DNA from: Candidatus Heimdallarchaeum endolithica
GTDB lineage: Archaea; Asgardarchaeota; Heimdallarchaeia; Heimdallarchaeales; Heimdallarchaeaceae
DNA length: 64,000 bases
Direction of reading: 5' to 3'
Assembly (NCBI GenBank): GCA_021513715.1
Contig: CP084167.1
Location: 2,912,001-2,976,000, forward strand
The notes below the pieces were generated by a model that worked only from the letters and a program-made list of their open reading frames with translations, made no database searches and was not told where the DNA came from. The number at the start of each line of letters is the position of its first letter. The stretch's first letter is position 1. Shown piece by piece: positions 42,150 to 52,523 of the stretch. A program made the position numbers and the translations under genes.

Positions 42150-42926
42150 CTAAAAAAACCTACTAAATTTTTCAAGTTTTTCTGAATAATATCCATTTCT
42201 AGATTGTTCAATAGCCTCTTTGTAATATTTCAGTGCTGTGTTTTTATTTCCAACTAACAGATGTGATTGAATTAAGTCTATTCTCAAAGTAAATAATATC
42301 TTTTCTGATTTTCCACTCTTATAATAATTATATGCTTGTTCAAGATACTTTAAAGCATCACCATACTTTTCTAAAGATATTAAAAATTCTCCCAGCTCTA
42401 AAGAAGTTACAGCTGTTTTTTCTTTAGCATTAATAGATTGAAAAAGTTTTAATGCATCAGAAAAATTCTCTATTATTTCTTCTTTTTTTTCAACAAACTT
42501 TCTTGGGTTTTTTACTCTTGCAAGAGCTAAAGCTCTTAAAGTATCAGCTTGTTTTTCTACATTGTTGTCTAATTCAAAAGAATTTATTGCTCTAGCTAAA
42601 TATTCTTTAGCTTTTGTAATATTATTTTTATTATCTCTGAATATTAAACCTAGTAAATATTCACAAGTTCCTTTTTTGGAAGTGCTCTTATCTTCAAATT
42701 TGAAAATAGCTTCTTCGTAAGCTTTAATTCCTTTATCTAATTGTCCCAATTTAATATATGCATTTGCAATATAAATTAAACATTCTCCTTCTAACTCTTT
42801 ATCGTTTAAGGCAGCAAATAGTTGTTCTGCATATGTTAAGCTTCTGATGCAAGCAATATATTTTCTCTTTTTATACTCTTGCTTGCCTAGTTTAAGAAAT
42901 TTTATTGCTTCATCTTTTTCTTTCAT
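42150..42926 (-). CDS. TPR-like helical repeat protein (paralog of 49078-49917)
   Basis: About 40-aa helical repeats with A...F..A patterns. Confidence 0.75.
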   Translation of the reverse strand: MKEKDEAIKFLKLGKQEYKKRKYIACIRSLTYAEQLFAALNDKELEGECLIYIANAYIKLGQLDKGIKAYEEAIFKFEDKSTSKKGTCEYLLGLIFRDNKNNITKAKEYLARAINSFELDNNVEKQADTLRALALARVKNPRKFVEKKEEIIENFSDALKLFQSINAKEKTAVTSLELGEFLISLEKYGDALKYLEQAYNYYKSGKSEKILFTLRIDLIQSHLLVGNKNTALKYYKEAIEQSRNGYYSEKLEKFSRFF

Positions 42927-43077
42927 AATTTGTATTCACCGAGCTGACATATGACATAGTCAATTTTGTCGGTCAAATAATAAATGTATCTTAATAGTTT
43001 TTCAATATATGTAAAATGTCTTCTTATATAATCAAAAAATAAGAAAAAATGTTTAACAGTAAAATTATAGAATAATT

Positions 43078-44804
43078 TTAGACTTCTGAAAAAAATAGTT
43101 TTTCTTGTTCATAGTTAGTGGAAACCTTGTTCCAATCCATGTCTTGTGAAATAATTCTCTTCCCTGCATCTTCTAAAGTGGTTACATTTCTTGAGTTGAT
43201 AATGCTTAGTAATTCTCTAGCTTTTCTTGATATTGTCCTTCGTTTGTATATTTGCTCTTCTTTTGAACTTAATTGATGTGATTTTTGATATTTATCAGCT
43301 AAGATCCCTACAACTATTTTTCCATCTGTAACAAATTCTAATAATCTTGGTATAGTACTATTAATGTCCAAGTAAAATGCTTCTTCAGGAATAATTGATT
43401 GAATAGATTGATCTTTGATTTTCTCAAGGAATAGATAATTGAATTTTGTAAGAGTAATTATTGGATCCAATAGTTCTGTTGGATAACTAACATTTTCTTC
43501 AGAAATGAATGTGTAGGATTTTCTTCTTTTTCTTGAGATTGAATAAGCGCTGTAATTACAAAATTATCCTCTCGATAAGAGTCATAGACTTCTATTCCTG
43601 GTTCTATACCTGATACGCTGTTATATAGCATCTCTTCAAGAAACAAATTCTTCCATTTTTCAAAATCTTTACTTATAATTGCAGATTTTACAAATAAAGC
43701 TTTTATTTTAGCAAAAAATCCTTTGGATTGTTTTTTAGGTGTTACTTTTGTTTCAAGAGGGTCTAATATAGAATCTTTATTTTTGTACAATGAAAGAAGT
43801 GTAGAAATTTTATTCTTAATCATTACTTCTAATTTTGTTAAATTTATATCATCAATAGTACTACTTATTCCTATCCATCCATATGAATCTTCCTTGTTTG
43901 AACTAACAATTATGAAATTTAGAGGTGATGATTGTTGGAGTTTACATTCCATTCTACAATATTTAAGCATATGAGGGTGATCTTCTGATACTTTAAGTTC
44001 TGCTGCACTCTCTATGAACGCTTTTTTTATCTCTTCTACTTTTTCCTTATCATTAATGTTAGAATTAAAGAATTTCTTTTTCTTTCCATCAACCGTGAGT
44101 TCATAATAGTGAAAAATATCTGTTTCATTTACATAAGGAACTGGTACAGTTTCATTTCTTTGTCCTATTAACTCATTCTCTGCTTTCAAAACAATCAAAT
44201 AGCTCACGTAATCTATGTCTTCTTTATCTAGTAGTTTTAAACTCTCTGGGACTTGAGAAAGAGTTTTAGAAAATATGGATTGATAGAGAGCTGTCTCTAT
44301 TAATGTTGCCCACCAGAAAATGGGAATTACAGGATTCTTCGAACTTAGAAACTCGAATAAATAGCGAATAAAGTAACTAGCAAGCCTGAAAGAAGCTATC
44401 TTTTTGGGTATTCCTTTATCCAATTGAAAATAATATCTCTTTCTTAAAATGGACGATATGTGATAAACAAAAGCCACTAAATGAGTAAAATCTATCCAGT
44501 TTTCAATATTGTGATAAGGTAAACATAACCAATATTCAATTATCTCTTTTCTCCTATTTTCATCATCCAGCTCTTGTTTAACTTCTGAAGACATAATAAT
44601 ATAATCTGAAGTATAAAGAGCAGAACTTATGAGTTCTTTAACTAACGTATACTTCTTTTGATATTCATTGATTATGGATTTAAAAAGAGGTAGAGAGTCA
44701 TACCTGTTAAAATGAGAATCAATTTTGTGTGTCCGTACAATGTTTTGAAATTCATTTTCAAAAAATTGAAGTATAGCTTTATGCATATCAGAAACATCTT
44801 TCAA
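43078..44804 (-). pseudogene. Large hypothetical protein split by a probable frameshift near 43510
   Basis: ORFs 43458-44804 and 43078-43470 overlap; the downstream frame is open back to ~43510 (FISEENVSYPTELLDPIIT). Confidence 0.55.
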
Positions 44805-44866
44805 ATTAGATATAAATGTTTTTCAAAAAAAGATTTAATAAACCAAAAATAATTTTAAATTTAATA

Positions 44867-44940
44867 AAAGCGTTGAGATGATGATGGTTTTACCGTATGA
44901 GGAAAACCAATGAATTAAACTGGCACGCTGATCACGCTTT
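44867..44940 (+). ncRNA. Box C/D sRNA (2'-O-methylation guide)
   Basis: C box ATGATGA 44878-44884; D' ATGA 44897-44900; D CTGA 44928-44931; terminal stem AAAGCGT/ACGCTTT; upstream TTTAATAA box; downstream T-run. Confidence 0.75.
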
Positions 44941-44976
44941 TCTTTTTTAAATAAAAAGGAAAAAAAATAAAAAAAG

Positions 44977-46338
44977 TCAGAGAACAAGTTTGGCTGCTTT
45001 ATTTTGTTTTTTCCAATATTGTTTATAAAGAAACCCTGAATTCTTTATAGGGTTGGTTTTGCTAATTTTTTCTATCCAAGATTTTGTTTTTTCTTCACTT
45101 AATGTGAAAGCTTTTTTTGTGATTTTTCTCAACTCTTCTTGGTCTCTTTTTGATATTTTTCTTGTAATTTTATTCACTTTTTCATATGTTTCGTGAATAA
45201 ATTGTTTTTCTAATTCATCACGTTCATGTTTGTATATATTCATTCGATTAGTATAGTCCATTAAAACTAGTCTATGTAATTTTTCATGCAACCACCAGAG
45301 GTTATCAGGATCATAGGTAGGACTAATAGCTTTTTTCTCATTTTCTTTTCCAATACCTGGAAGAAAAATAGGCTTGAAGATACTTGTACATGGAGCTGAA
45401 GTCCCAGTAACCCAATGAATTTGTAGATTCTCTTTTAGATGTGAAACCATAGATCCTGTACTTTGACTAGGTGTTGTAATTGATGTTGCATGTAAACATG
45501 GACTTTTCATTGAACTCTTGTGTGGTGACCATTTTTCTTCTTTTTTTGGAGGAATATTATGATCTCGTAGGACACTCATTACTATCTCTGGAGTGATTTC
45601 TCCCATGTGTTGCTCAAGAAGACACTGTGTTCTTTTTTTCCTTTTTTTACCCATCGCTCCAATCTGATTAATGTTTAGTTTTTGAATAAAACACTTAGCA
45701 AAATCAAAATCGTCCTCTGATTTACAATAGCCCTTTTTTATAGCATAATCAATCAATTCAGGATGGATAAGGTCATAGTCTTTTCTTATTGTAATGCTAT
45801 TTGAAATTGTCCTAACTCCTTTAACTTTTTCAGCAATCCAAAATTTATCAGCTGTTTCCAGAACCCATGCTTCTTTTTTGTCTGCTATGATGAAAGAATT
45901 GTGATAAAAAAGTTTCTTATCAGTATAACCTCCTGGTCCTCCTTGACCATATTTTTCTAAAAATTCAGTGATTAAAGTCAAAGCTTCAGAAGCAGTTTTT
46001 GTTCGCTCTAAAGCCAAACGCATCAAATCCATTCCTAACAGACCTATTTTTCTATAAGGCATTTTTGTCCAAACAGCTTCATTGCCTATAGTTAGTCCAA
46101 ATTCATTACTTCCCATTTCACAACCCCACATCCAGAAAGGTTTGAGAAGTAATACTTCATATGTTTCTTTTACCTGAGGAATGGTAATGTAAGTTGTTCT
46201 GACAGTTTCTTCCTCATTTTTCTTTCTACTATAGTACTCTATAGCATGAACTTCATTTGGTTCTCTATCGGAATTTTTTCCAAATATAACGCTCCCATCT
46301 TTTGTTGCATTTCCAACAGCTACTATTGTGTCACACAT
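44977..46338 (-). CDS. C69-family (secernin-like) dipeptidase
   Basis: N-terminal MCDT nucleophile, GKNSDR, WGCEMG, GNEA, GMDLMRLALER, HNSF. Confidence 0.9.
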   Translation of the reverse strand: MCDTIVAVGNATKDGSVIFGKNSDREPNEVHAIEYYSRKKNEEETVRTTYITIPQVKETYEVLLLKPFWMWGCEMGSNEFGLTIGNEAVWTKMPYRKIGLLGMDLMRLALERTKTASEALTLITEFLEKYGQGGPGGYTDKKLFYHNSFIIADKKEAWVLETADKFWIAEKVKGVRTISNSITIRKDYDLIHPELIDYAIKKGYCKSEDDFDFAKCFIQKLNINQIGAMGKKRKKRTQCLLEQHMGEITPEIVMSVLRDHNIPPKKEEKWSPHKSSMKSPCLHATSITTPSQSTGSMVSHLKENLQIHWVTGTSAPCTSIFKPIFLPGIGKENEKKAISPTYDPDNLWWLHEKLHRLVLMDYTNRMNIYKHERDELEKQFIHETYEKVNKITRKISKRDQEELRKITKKAFTLSEEKTKSWIEKISKTNPIKNSGFLYKQYWKKQNKAAKLVL

Positions 46339-46380
46339 TATTAGAAATAAGTATTGAAAAAATAAAAAGATTGTGAAAAC

Positions 46381-47721
46381 TTATTTATATCTGTCAATAA
46401 GAGAAGCAATAAGTTCCATTCCTTTAATCCAATCATCTACAAATATATTCTCATTTGGAGCATGAGCTTTAGAGTCTGAATGTCCAGTTCCTATTGATAC
46501 ACAGGGGATATCTTTAAACAAATACATTGGGCCAGATCCTCCAACAATTGGCCAACAGATTGGATCATGATTATAAACGGTTTTTATTACAGAAATCACT
46601 TTTTGAGCAAATTCGTTTTCAATAGGAGTGACAGCTGCAGGATATCCATCCCATGAACTAATTTCAATGTGCGAAAAGTTTTGTTCATCTAAATAAGTTC
46701 TGATTTTTGTAACTAGATCCTCTGGATTTTGCCCTGGAACCAATCTGCAATCTACTTTGGCAAATGCTTCATTTGGAGTAACAGTTTTGCTTCCTTGTCC
46801 TTGATACCCACTCCATATTCCACAGATGTTAAGTGTAGGTTCAAGAAAGTATTTTTTCTTTAGTTCCATTCCTGATAGATTCAATCTGAATTTTTCAATA
46901 CCAAATGATTCTTTTAGATATTTTTCTTTGATTTTGAAGTCTTTTATTGCTTCCATTTCCTTCTCTGAGGGCGGTATTATATCCTCATAAAAACCAGGAA
47001 CAAGTATTCTATCGTTTCTATCTTTAAGAGAACTTAAAGCCCAAACAAGTTCATAAGCAGCATTATCAACAAACTGCGTGTATCCTGAATGAATATCTCT
47101 CCCTATAGTTTTTGTATGGAAATGTAAGTATAAAATACCTTTAACTCCTAAATTCACTTGTTGGATTCCATCTTTGTCTTTTCCTCCAAATTCCCAAATA
47201 ATACCATTTGTATTTAAAGCAAATTCTTTGTTTTTTTCCACAAAATAGCCAAGATTGGGACTTCCTACTTCTTCTTCCCCCTCTATTATAAATTTAATAT
47301 TGACTGGTAATTCTCCAAAAATCTCTTTATAAGCTTTTATTGCTTGTAATCTGCAGATTATTTCTCCTTTATTATCTGCAACTCCTCTTGCAAAAATCTT
47401 TCCTTCTCTGATGTTAGGTTCAAATGGCGGACTATCCCACAATTCTATTGGGTCTTCTGGTTGTACATCGTAGTGATCATAAAATGTAATTGTTTCTTCT
47501 GCTCCTGAATTTAGTTCAGCACAAAAAACAGGATTCCCTGGTGTTTCTGCAATAAAACATTCAAAACCTGCTTCTTTGAAGTTCTTTTTTAAAAAATCAA
47601 TTGCTTCTTGTGCACCTAAATTTTTTGCTGCAACTGTTGGGATTCTTAAAAATTCAAATAATATTTCAAGAGACTTTTCTTTATTTTGATAAATAAGATT
47701 AGATACTTCATGCAAAGACAT
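46381..47721 (-). CDS. M20/M25/M40 metallopeptidase
   Basis: HYDVQP, RGVADNKG, EGEEEVGS, HAPNE. Confidence 0.92.
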   Translation of the reverse strand: MSLHEVSNLIYQNKEKSLEILFEFLRIPTVAAKNLGAQEAIDFLKKNFKEAGFECFIAETPGNPVFCAELNSGAEETITFYDHYDVQPEDPIELWDSPPFEPNIREGKIFARGVADNKGEIICRLQAIKAYKEIFGELPVNIKFIIEGEEEVGSPNLGYFVEKNKEFALNTNGIIWEFGGKDKDGIQQVNLGVKGILYLHFHTKTIGRDIHSGYTQFVDNAAYELVWALSSLKDRNDRILVPGFYEDIIPPSEKEMEAIKDFKIKEKYLKESFGIEKFRLNLSGMELKKKYFLEPTLNICGIWSGYQGQGSKTVTPNEAFAKVDCRLVPGQNPEDLVTKIRTYLDEQNFSHIEISSWDGYPAAVTPIENEFAQKVISVIKTVYNHDPICWPIVGGSGPMYLFKDIPCVSIGTGHSDSKAHAPNENIFVDDWIKGMELIASLIDRYK

Positions 47722-47857
47722 GATGTAAAATTAATTCTTTTATTTATAAACTCTTTCGTTAAAATTTAACTTTAAACAGTTTTTGTAAAAAATGAAAAAG
47801 TAGAATAAAAACGGCTTTTAGGCAAATATTTAAGAGAGTGAGAAAAAGAAAAAACTT

Positions 47858-49045
47858 ATGCAAGAGAAAAAGTACAAATTTGATACTCTATCTGTTCATG
47901 CTGGAGAAAAAGTAGAAAAAACTGGAACGATTGCACCTCCAATTTACCAATCAGTTGCTTATCCTTATTATTCTGCAGAATATGCTGCAAAGCTGTTTAG
48001 ATATGAAATAGAAGGTTATATGTATGGACGAATGGATAATCCTACAAATGCAATGTTTGAAGAAAGAATCGCAGCGTTAGAAAAGGGTGAAAAAGCTATT
48101 GGAACATCATCTGGAATGTCTGCAGAGTTTTTAACTTGTATTCATTTGCTAGAACAAGGGGATAATTTTGTTACTGCAGGAAAAATATACGGGGGAACTA
48201 ATCAACTCTTTTCTGTGACTCTACCAAAGATGGGATTTAAACCTAAATTTGTATATGAACCTGAAAAATTGGAAAACTGGGAAAATGAAATTGATGATAA
48301 TACAAAATTTCTTTATTTAGAAACACCTTCAAATCCTAATCTATTTATTGGAGATATAACAAGAGTTGCAAAACTTGCTCACGAACATGAAATCCCTTTA
48401 ATTGTTGATAACACAGTAGCCTCTCCTGCTTTGCAACAACCTTTGAATCTTGGAGCAGATATAGTTGTACATTCAGCAACTAAATATCTTAGTGGTAATT
48501 CTACATGTATTTCAGGAGTTATAGTTGGGAAATCAGATTTTATTAATGGAATAAGAGAAAAAGAATATAGAAATATTGGACCATCAATTAGTCCATTCAA
48601 CAGTTGGCTATTATTATTAGGGATGGAAACATTAAGCCTAAGAATGGAAAAACATAGTAAAAATGCTTTAGCTATTGCTGAATTTTTGCAAGAACATTCA
48701 AAAATTGTATCTGTTAATTATCCTGGTTTGAAAAGTCACCCTCAGCATGAACTTGCAAAAAAACAGATGAAAGGCTATAGTGGACTATTGTCTTTTGTAA
48801 CTAAAGGAGAGCTTGAAGATGCAAAAAATGTTCTAAATAGTTTTCAACTAATTATTCACACAGGTCATCTAGGAACTACAAAAACACTAGCAACACACCC
48901 AGCTTTTACTACACACCAGCAGTTATCTCAGCAAGAAAGAGAGGAAATAGGAATACCAGATACTATGATCAGAATGTCTGTAGGAATAGAAGATATCGAG
49001 GATTTAATAGAAGATTTAGATCAAGCTTTAACAAAGATTAAATGA
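47858..49045 (+). CDS. PLP-dependent Cys/Met metabolism enzyme (O-acylhomoserine sulfhydrylase / methionine gamma-lyase family)
   Basis: PPIYQS, YGRMDNPT, SGMSA, ETPSNP, DNT, HSATKY, RMSVGIE. Confidence 0.92.
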   Translation: MQEKKYKFDTLSVHAGEKVEKTGTIAPPIYQSVAYPYYSAEYAAKLFRYEIEGYMYGRMDNPTNAMFEERIAALEKGEKAIGTSSGMSAEFLTCIHLLEQGDNFVTAGKIYGGTNQLFSVTLPKMGFKPKFVYEPEKLENWENEIDDNTKFLYLETPSNPNLFIGDITRVAKLAHEHEIPLIVDNTVASPALQQPLNLGADIVVHSATKYLSGNSTCISGVIVGKSDFINGIREKEYRNIGPSISPFNSWLLLLGMETLSLRMEKHSKNALAIAEFLQEHSKIVSVNYPGLKSHPQHELAKKQMKGYSGLLSFVTKGELEDAKNVLNSFQLIIHTGHLGTTKTLATHPAFTTHQQLSQQEREEIGIPDTMIRMSVGIEDIEDLIEDLDQALTKIK

Positions 49046-49077
49046 ACAATAGTCTTGCAAGTATGGTGAAAAATTAT

Positions 49078-49917
49078 TTAGAATAAGTGCTTTAATTGTT
49101 CAATTTTTTCTGGAGAATAATTATTCCTTTTCATTATTTCTACAGCTTTATCATAATATTCTTGTGCTTTTTTCTTCTTCTCTAATTTTAAATATATCTT
49201 AGCTATTTGCATAACTATTGTTACCAAAAAATCATCTTGTTTTTTGTGTTCAAAATAAGACATAGCTGATAAGAAATAGCTCAGTGCATCTTTTTCATCT
49301 TCTGTCGAGAGAGAAAGTAATGCTAGATCTATTTCTGCTAACGCTTTTTTCTCTTCAGCTTTTGCTCTCTTAAATAAGTGTATTGCTTTCTGGTAAGCTA
49401 ATTTAGCGTTTTGGACAGAATCAGGGTTTTTAACATCTTTTAGAAGAGTGTTTCCTATCTCTTTCCAAGAATCACCTAAATGTTCTATTTTTCCTATATT
49501 TTCAAAAAGTTCCTTTGAAATATCTAAAAACTTTTTACTTTTTTCAATATTTTTACATTCTCTATGAAGAGAACCCATTTTTAATGCGCATTCAGCAGCT
49601 TTTTCAACATCTTGAATTTCAGTAAATTTAATGAAAGCCTCATTGAGCGACTTTAATGCATACTTTTTCTGATTCAAATTTAAATATGCATGACCCAAAA
49701 TAAACATACTTTCTGCAGCTAATTCTTTTGAATTTAAAGTAGAAAAAAGACTTTCAGCAAACTGTAGGTCTCTTACACATTTTTCGTAATTTCCTCTTTC
49801 AAAATTGATTTTACCTTGATTAAAATACATGTTAGCTTGAGCTTTATGTGGATTAGCTGCTTCAACCATATGTGTACTATTTGATAATCCTTTTTTTAAA
49901 TTCATGGATAGTACCAA
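49078..49917 (-). CDS. TPR-like helical repeat protein (paralog of 42150-42926)
   Basis: Helical repeats; N-terminal segment aligns with 42150-42926. Confidence 0.75.
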   Translation of the reverse strand: MVLSMNLKKGLSNSTHMVEAANPHKAQANMYFNQGKINFERGNYEKCVRDLQFAESLFSTLNSKELAAESMFILGHAYLNLNQKKYALKSLNEAFIKFTEIQDVEKAAECALKMGSLHRECKNIEKSKKFLDISKELFENIGKIEHLGDSWKEIGNTLLKDVKNPDSVQNAKLAYQKAIHLFKRAKAEEKKALAEIDLALLSLSTEDEKDALSYFLSAMSYFEHKKQDDFLVTIVMQIAKIYLKLEKKKKAQEYYDKAVEIMKRNNYSPEKIEQLKHLF

Positions 49918-50263
49918 CTAGAAAACTAAAAAGAATTTTTGATAGTATAGTTTTTTTTTGAGAAAGAATTAATTAAATTCAGTTAAAAAAGAAAAAAATA
50001 AAAATTTTAAACTGGATTATTCTTGTTTAATTTTTTAAAAGTTTATATTTTATTATTTTGCATTCTAAACACTTATTTTCCAAAAAGATCTTCATGTTCT
50101 AATTATTTCTAGAAATTTATGAAAGAAAAGAAAAAAGAAAAAAGTTAAGAGTGGAAATGGATAACTTTTGCAAGCTAAAGAAAAAGAAATAATTAAATTA
50201 GAAAAGCTTTATAAAGGCTATAAAGAAATCGACATGAATTTAAAAAAAAGGTGTTTAAAACCA

Positions 50264-50839
50264 ATGACAAAATTAGACTTTGGTATAGTAATACAAAATG
50301 TAGTAGCAAGTATAAACCTGTACTGCACTATTGATTTAGTGAATGCTTATCAGATGCTTATTGATGACGATCAACTTTTTGTTTCTTATAATCCTGAAAC
50401 TTTTCCTGGTTTGATTCTAAAAATTAAAAAACCAAAAATTTCTTCTCTAGTTTTTTCTAGCGGCAAACTTGTTTTAACTGGCGCTAAATCCACTGATATG
50501 GTAAACAAAGGAGTTCAACAGATGATTAAAATACTAAGAACTGTAGGTACTGAAATTACTGAAGAGCCTGAAATTATTGTTCAAAACATTGTTGCTAGCG
50601 GACATTTTAACAACCGTTCTATTAACTTAGAACTTGCTTCTTTATGGTTAGATCATTCAATGTATGAGCCTGAACAATTTCCTGGTTTGATTTATCGTTT
50701 AGCTGAACCAAAAACAGTCTTACTTCTTTTCCAGAGTGGTAATCTTGTTTGTACAGGGGCTAAAACTGAAGAACAAGTACGACAAGCTGTTGAAAACACT
50801 TATAACCACTTAGATGAAATTAATGCCTTTGAGTTTTAG
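50264..50839 (+). CDS. tbp: TATA-box binding protein
   Basis: Two repeats: QNVVAS...YNPETFPGL...FSSGKLVLTGAK and QNIVAS...YEPEQFPGL...TGAK. Start set at ATG 50264 after AGGTG. Confidence 0.97.
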   Translation: MTKLDFGIVIQNVVASINLYCTIDLVNAYQMLIDDDQLFVSYNPETFPGLILKIKKPKISSLVFSSGKLVLTGAKSTDMVNKGVQQMIKILRTVGTEITEEPEIIVQNIVASGHFNNRSINLELASLWLDHSMYEPEQFPGLIYRLAEPKTVLLLFQSGNLVCTGAKTEEQVRQAVENTYNHLDEINAFEF

Positions 50840-50920
50840 TTCTATTTTTTACTTCCTTTTTTTAATTAGCTTCTAAGCAACAAAAACCTTTATCGCTAAA
50901 TCTACAATTTCTTTTTTTCT

Positions 50921-52507
50921 CTATTTTTCTGTAATTGTTAGATAATTCTTCTGTACGTTTTCACTCACTAATACAATTTCTACTTTTTTGAATTTTTGTG
51001 GAGACTTTATCAGCTCATATATTAGTAAAATATCAAATTCTTCAAAGTGTTTCTGACTTAATACTGAATTAGGTAGAATATGCCCAATTATCTGATATCC
51101 ATCAAAAATTCTCTTTTTTTTGTTTAAGGATTTCTCATTTACTGTTGATCCTGATAATAAAAGAGAACACATTTCGTCTTTATACGTAACTACGTTTACT
51201 AATACAATTTCAATATTTTCAATTATTTCATCATTTTTCTTTTCATGTGTTATTGATCTAATAGCGGGAGTAATTTTGATAATATCTTTTAGATTTTCAA
51301 TAATCTTCTTCTTAATGTCAGTTCTTTTAAAGCCAAATATTGCGTCAGAGTCAGTAATTGCAGATCTATATTTGTAAAATCCTGGTTTTCCAAGTAATGT
51401 GTCAGAGTCTGTTTTAATCTTTAAATTTTTTAGTTTAACAATGTCACTTGAAGATGAAGCGAGATCATAAACCATAGAGATATTTACAGCATTAGCTAAC
51501 AAATAAGCATAATTTTTTCTTATTCGCTGTTGTTCATCATCTGTTAACTTTTTAGTGTTCTTCAAAGCTTCTGGAAAAATAGATAGAGCTTTAGAATACC
51601 CTTTATAATCACTTAATCCATTTGCGATAGCTGCATAAAGAATAGCTTTTTTAGTTGTTTTATGCTTTTTTACAAAATCTAAGAGTAAGGGGAGAATTCG
51701 CTCTACTTGTTCATCAGAAATCTTACTCATCATTGTAAGAATAGATAGTCTTTTTGCTATTTCATTGGGATTATTAACTTCAGAGAGTGTACGTAGGACT
51801 AGATTAACTCCATCTACAACCATCGATTTATACTTTGGAGCAACGATTAATCCTTGATTTTCACTGAAGAGGTGAAGAAAAAAGTCTGAAGCCATATGTA
51901 GTTTTGAGGAAGGATAAGAATTATTATCAACCAATTCTATTACTCTCTTACAAGAATCTGCAGCTTCATTGATTTTTTTGCTAAACATATGCATTAAGCC
52001 AATATTAACTTCTGTATATACCAAATTCTCGATAATATTGTTCTTTTCTGCGATTTGCTTTGACTTAATGAGATACTCAAGAGCTTTATCTTTTTCTAAA
52101 GTTCTATAAATAGTGAACAAAAGATTTAGCGCTTTAATTATCAATTCAGGATCGTTTATTTTGAATGCCATGTTTTTTGCTTTTTCTGCAGCTTTCTTTG
52201 CGCCTTCATATTCATTGTTTAAAATAAAAGAATTAGCTAGGTTAAGGTAAAATTTAATGTAGTTTTCTTTTGAAGATAGAGGAATCAATGGTTTGATTCT
52301 CTTGAGAAGAATCAGTGCTTGTGGACGTCTTTCTTGTAATAGTAATTCATAAGTTTCAGATAAAAGAAAATCAACAAAACTGTTGACGTCCATCTCTTTT
52401 TTTATTTCAAGGCTTGTTAAGAATTGTTTTCTCTTTTTGTCATCTACTACTATTTCTTTTAGTTCATCAACACTTAAAGAACCAACTTGCTTAATTATAT
52501 CGCCCAT
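50921..52507 (-). CDS. TPR-containing hypothetical protein
   Basis: N-terminal TPR-like helices; alpha/beta C-terminus. Confidence 0.65.
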   Translation of the reverse strand: MGDIIKQVGSLSVDELKEIVVDDKKRKQFLTSLEIKKEMDVNSFVDFLLSETYELLLQERRPQALILLKRIKPLIPLSSKENYIKFYLNLANSFILNNEYEGAKKAAEKAKNMAFKINDPELIIKALNLLFTIYRTLEKDKALEYLIKSKQIAEKNNIIENLVYTEVNIGLMHMFSKKINEAADSCKRVIELVDNNSYPSSKLHMASDFFLHLFSENQGLIVAPKYKSMVVDGVNLVLRTLSEVNNPNEIAKRLSILTMMSKISDEQVERILPLLLDFVKKHKTTKKAILYAAIANGLSDYKGYSKALSIFPEALKNTKKLTDDEQQRIRKNYAYLLANAVNISMVYDLASSSSDIVKLKNLKIKTDSDTLLGKPGFYKYRSAITDSDAIFGFKRTDIKKKIIENLKDIIKITPAIRSITHEKKNDEIIENIEIVLVNVVTYKDEMCSLLLSGSTVNEKSLNKKKRIFDGYQIIGHILPNSVLSQKHFEEFDILLIYELIKSPQKFKKVEIVLVSENVQKNYLTITEK

Positions 52508-52523
52508 ATTTTACCCCTACTAT

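Noticed and set aside
50168-50263. N-terminal extension of TBP in the ORF track
   Set aside because: Contains the likely promoter (CTTTATAAA) and RBS; ATG 50264 fits TBP length.
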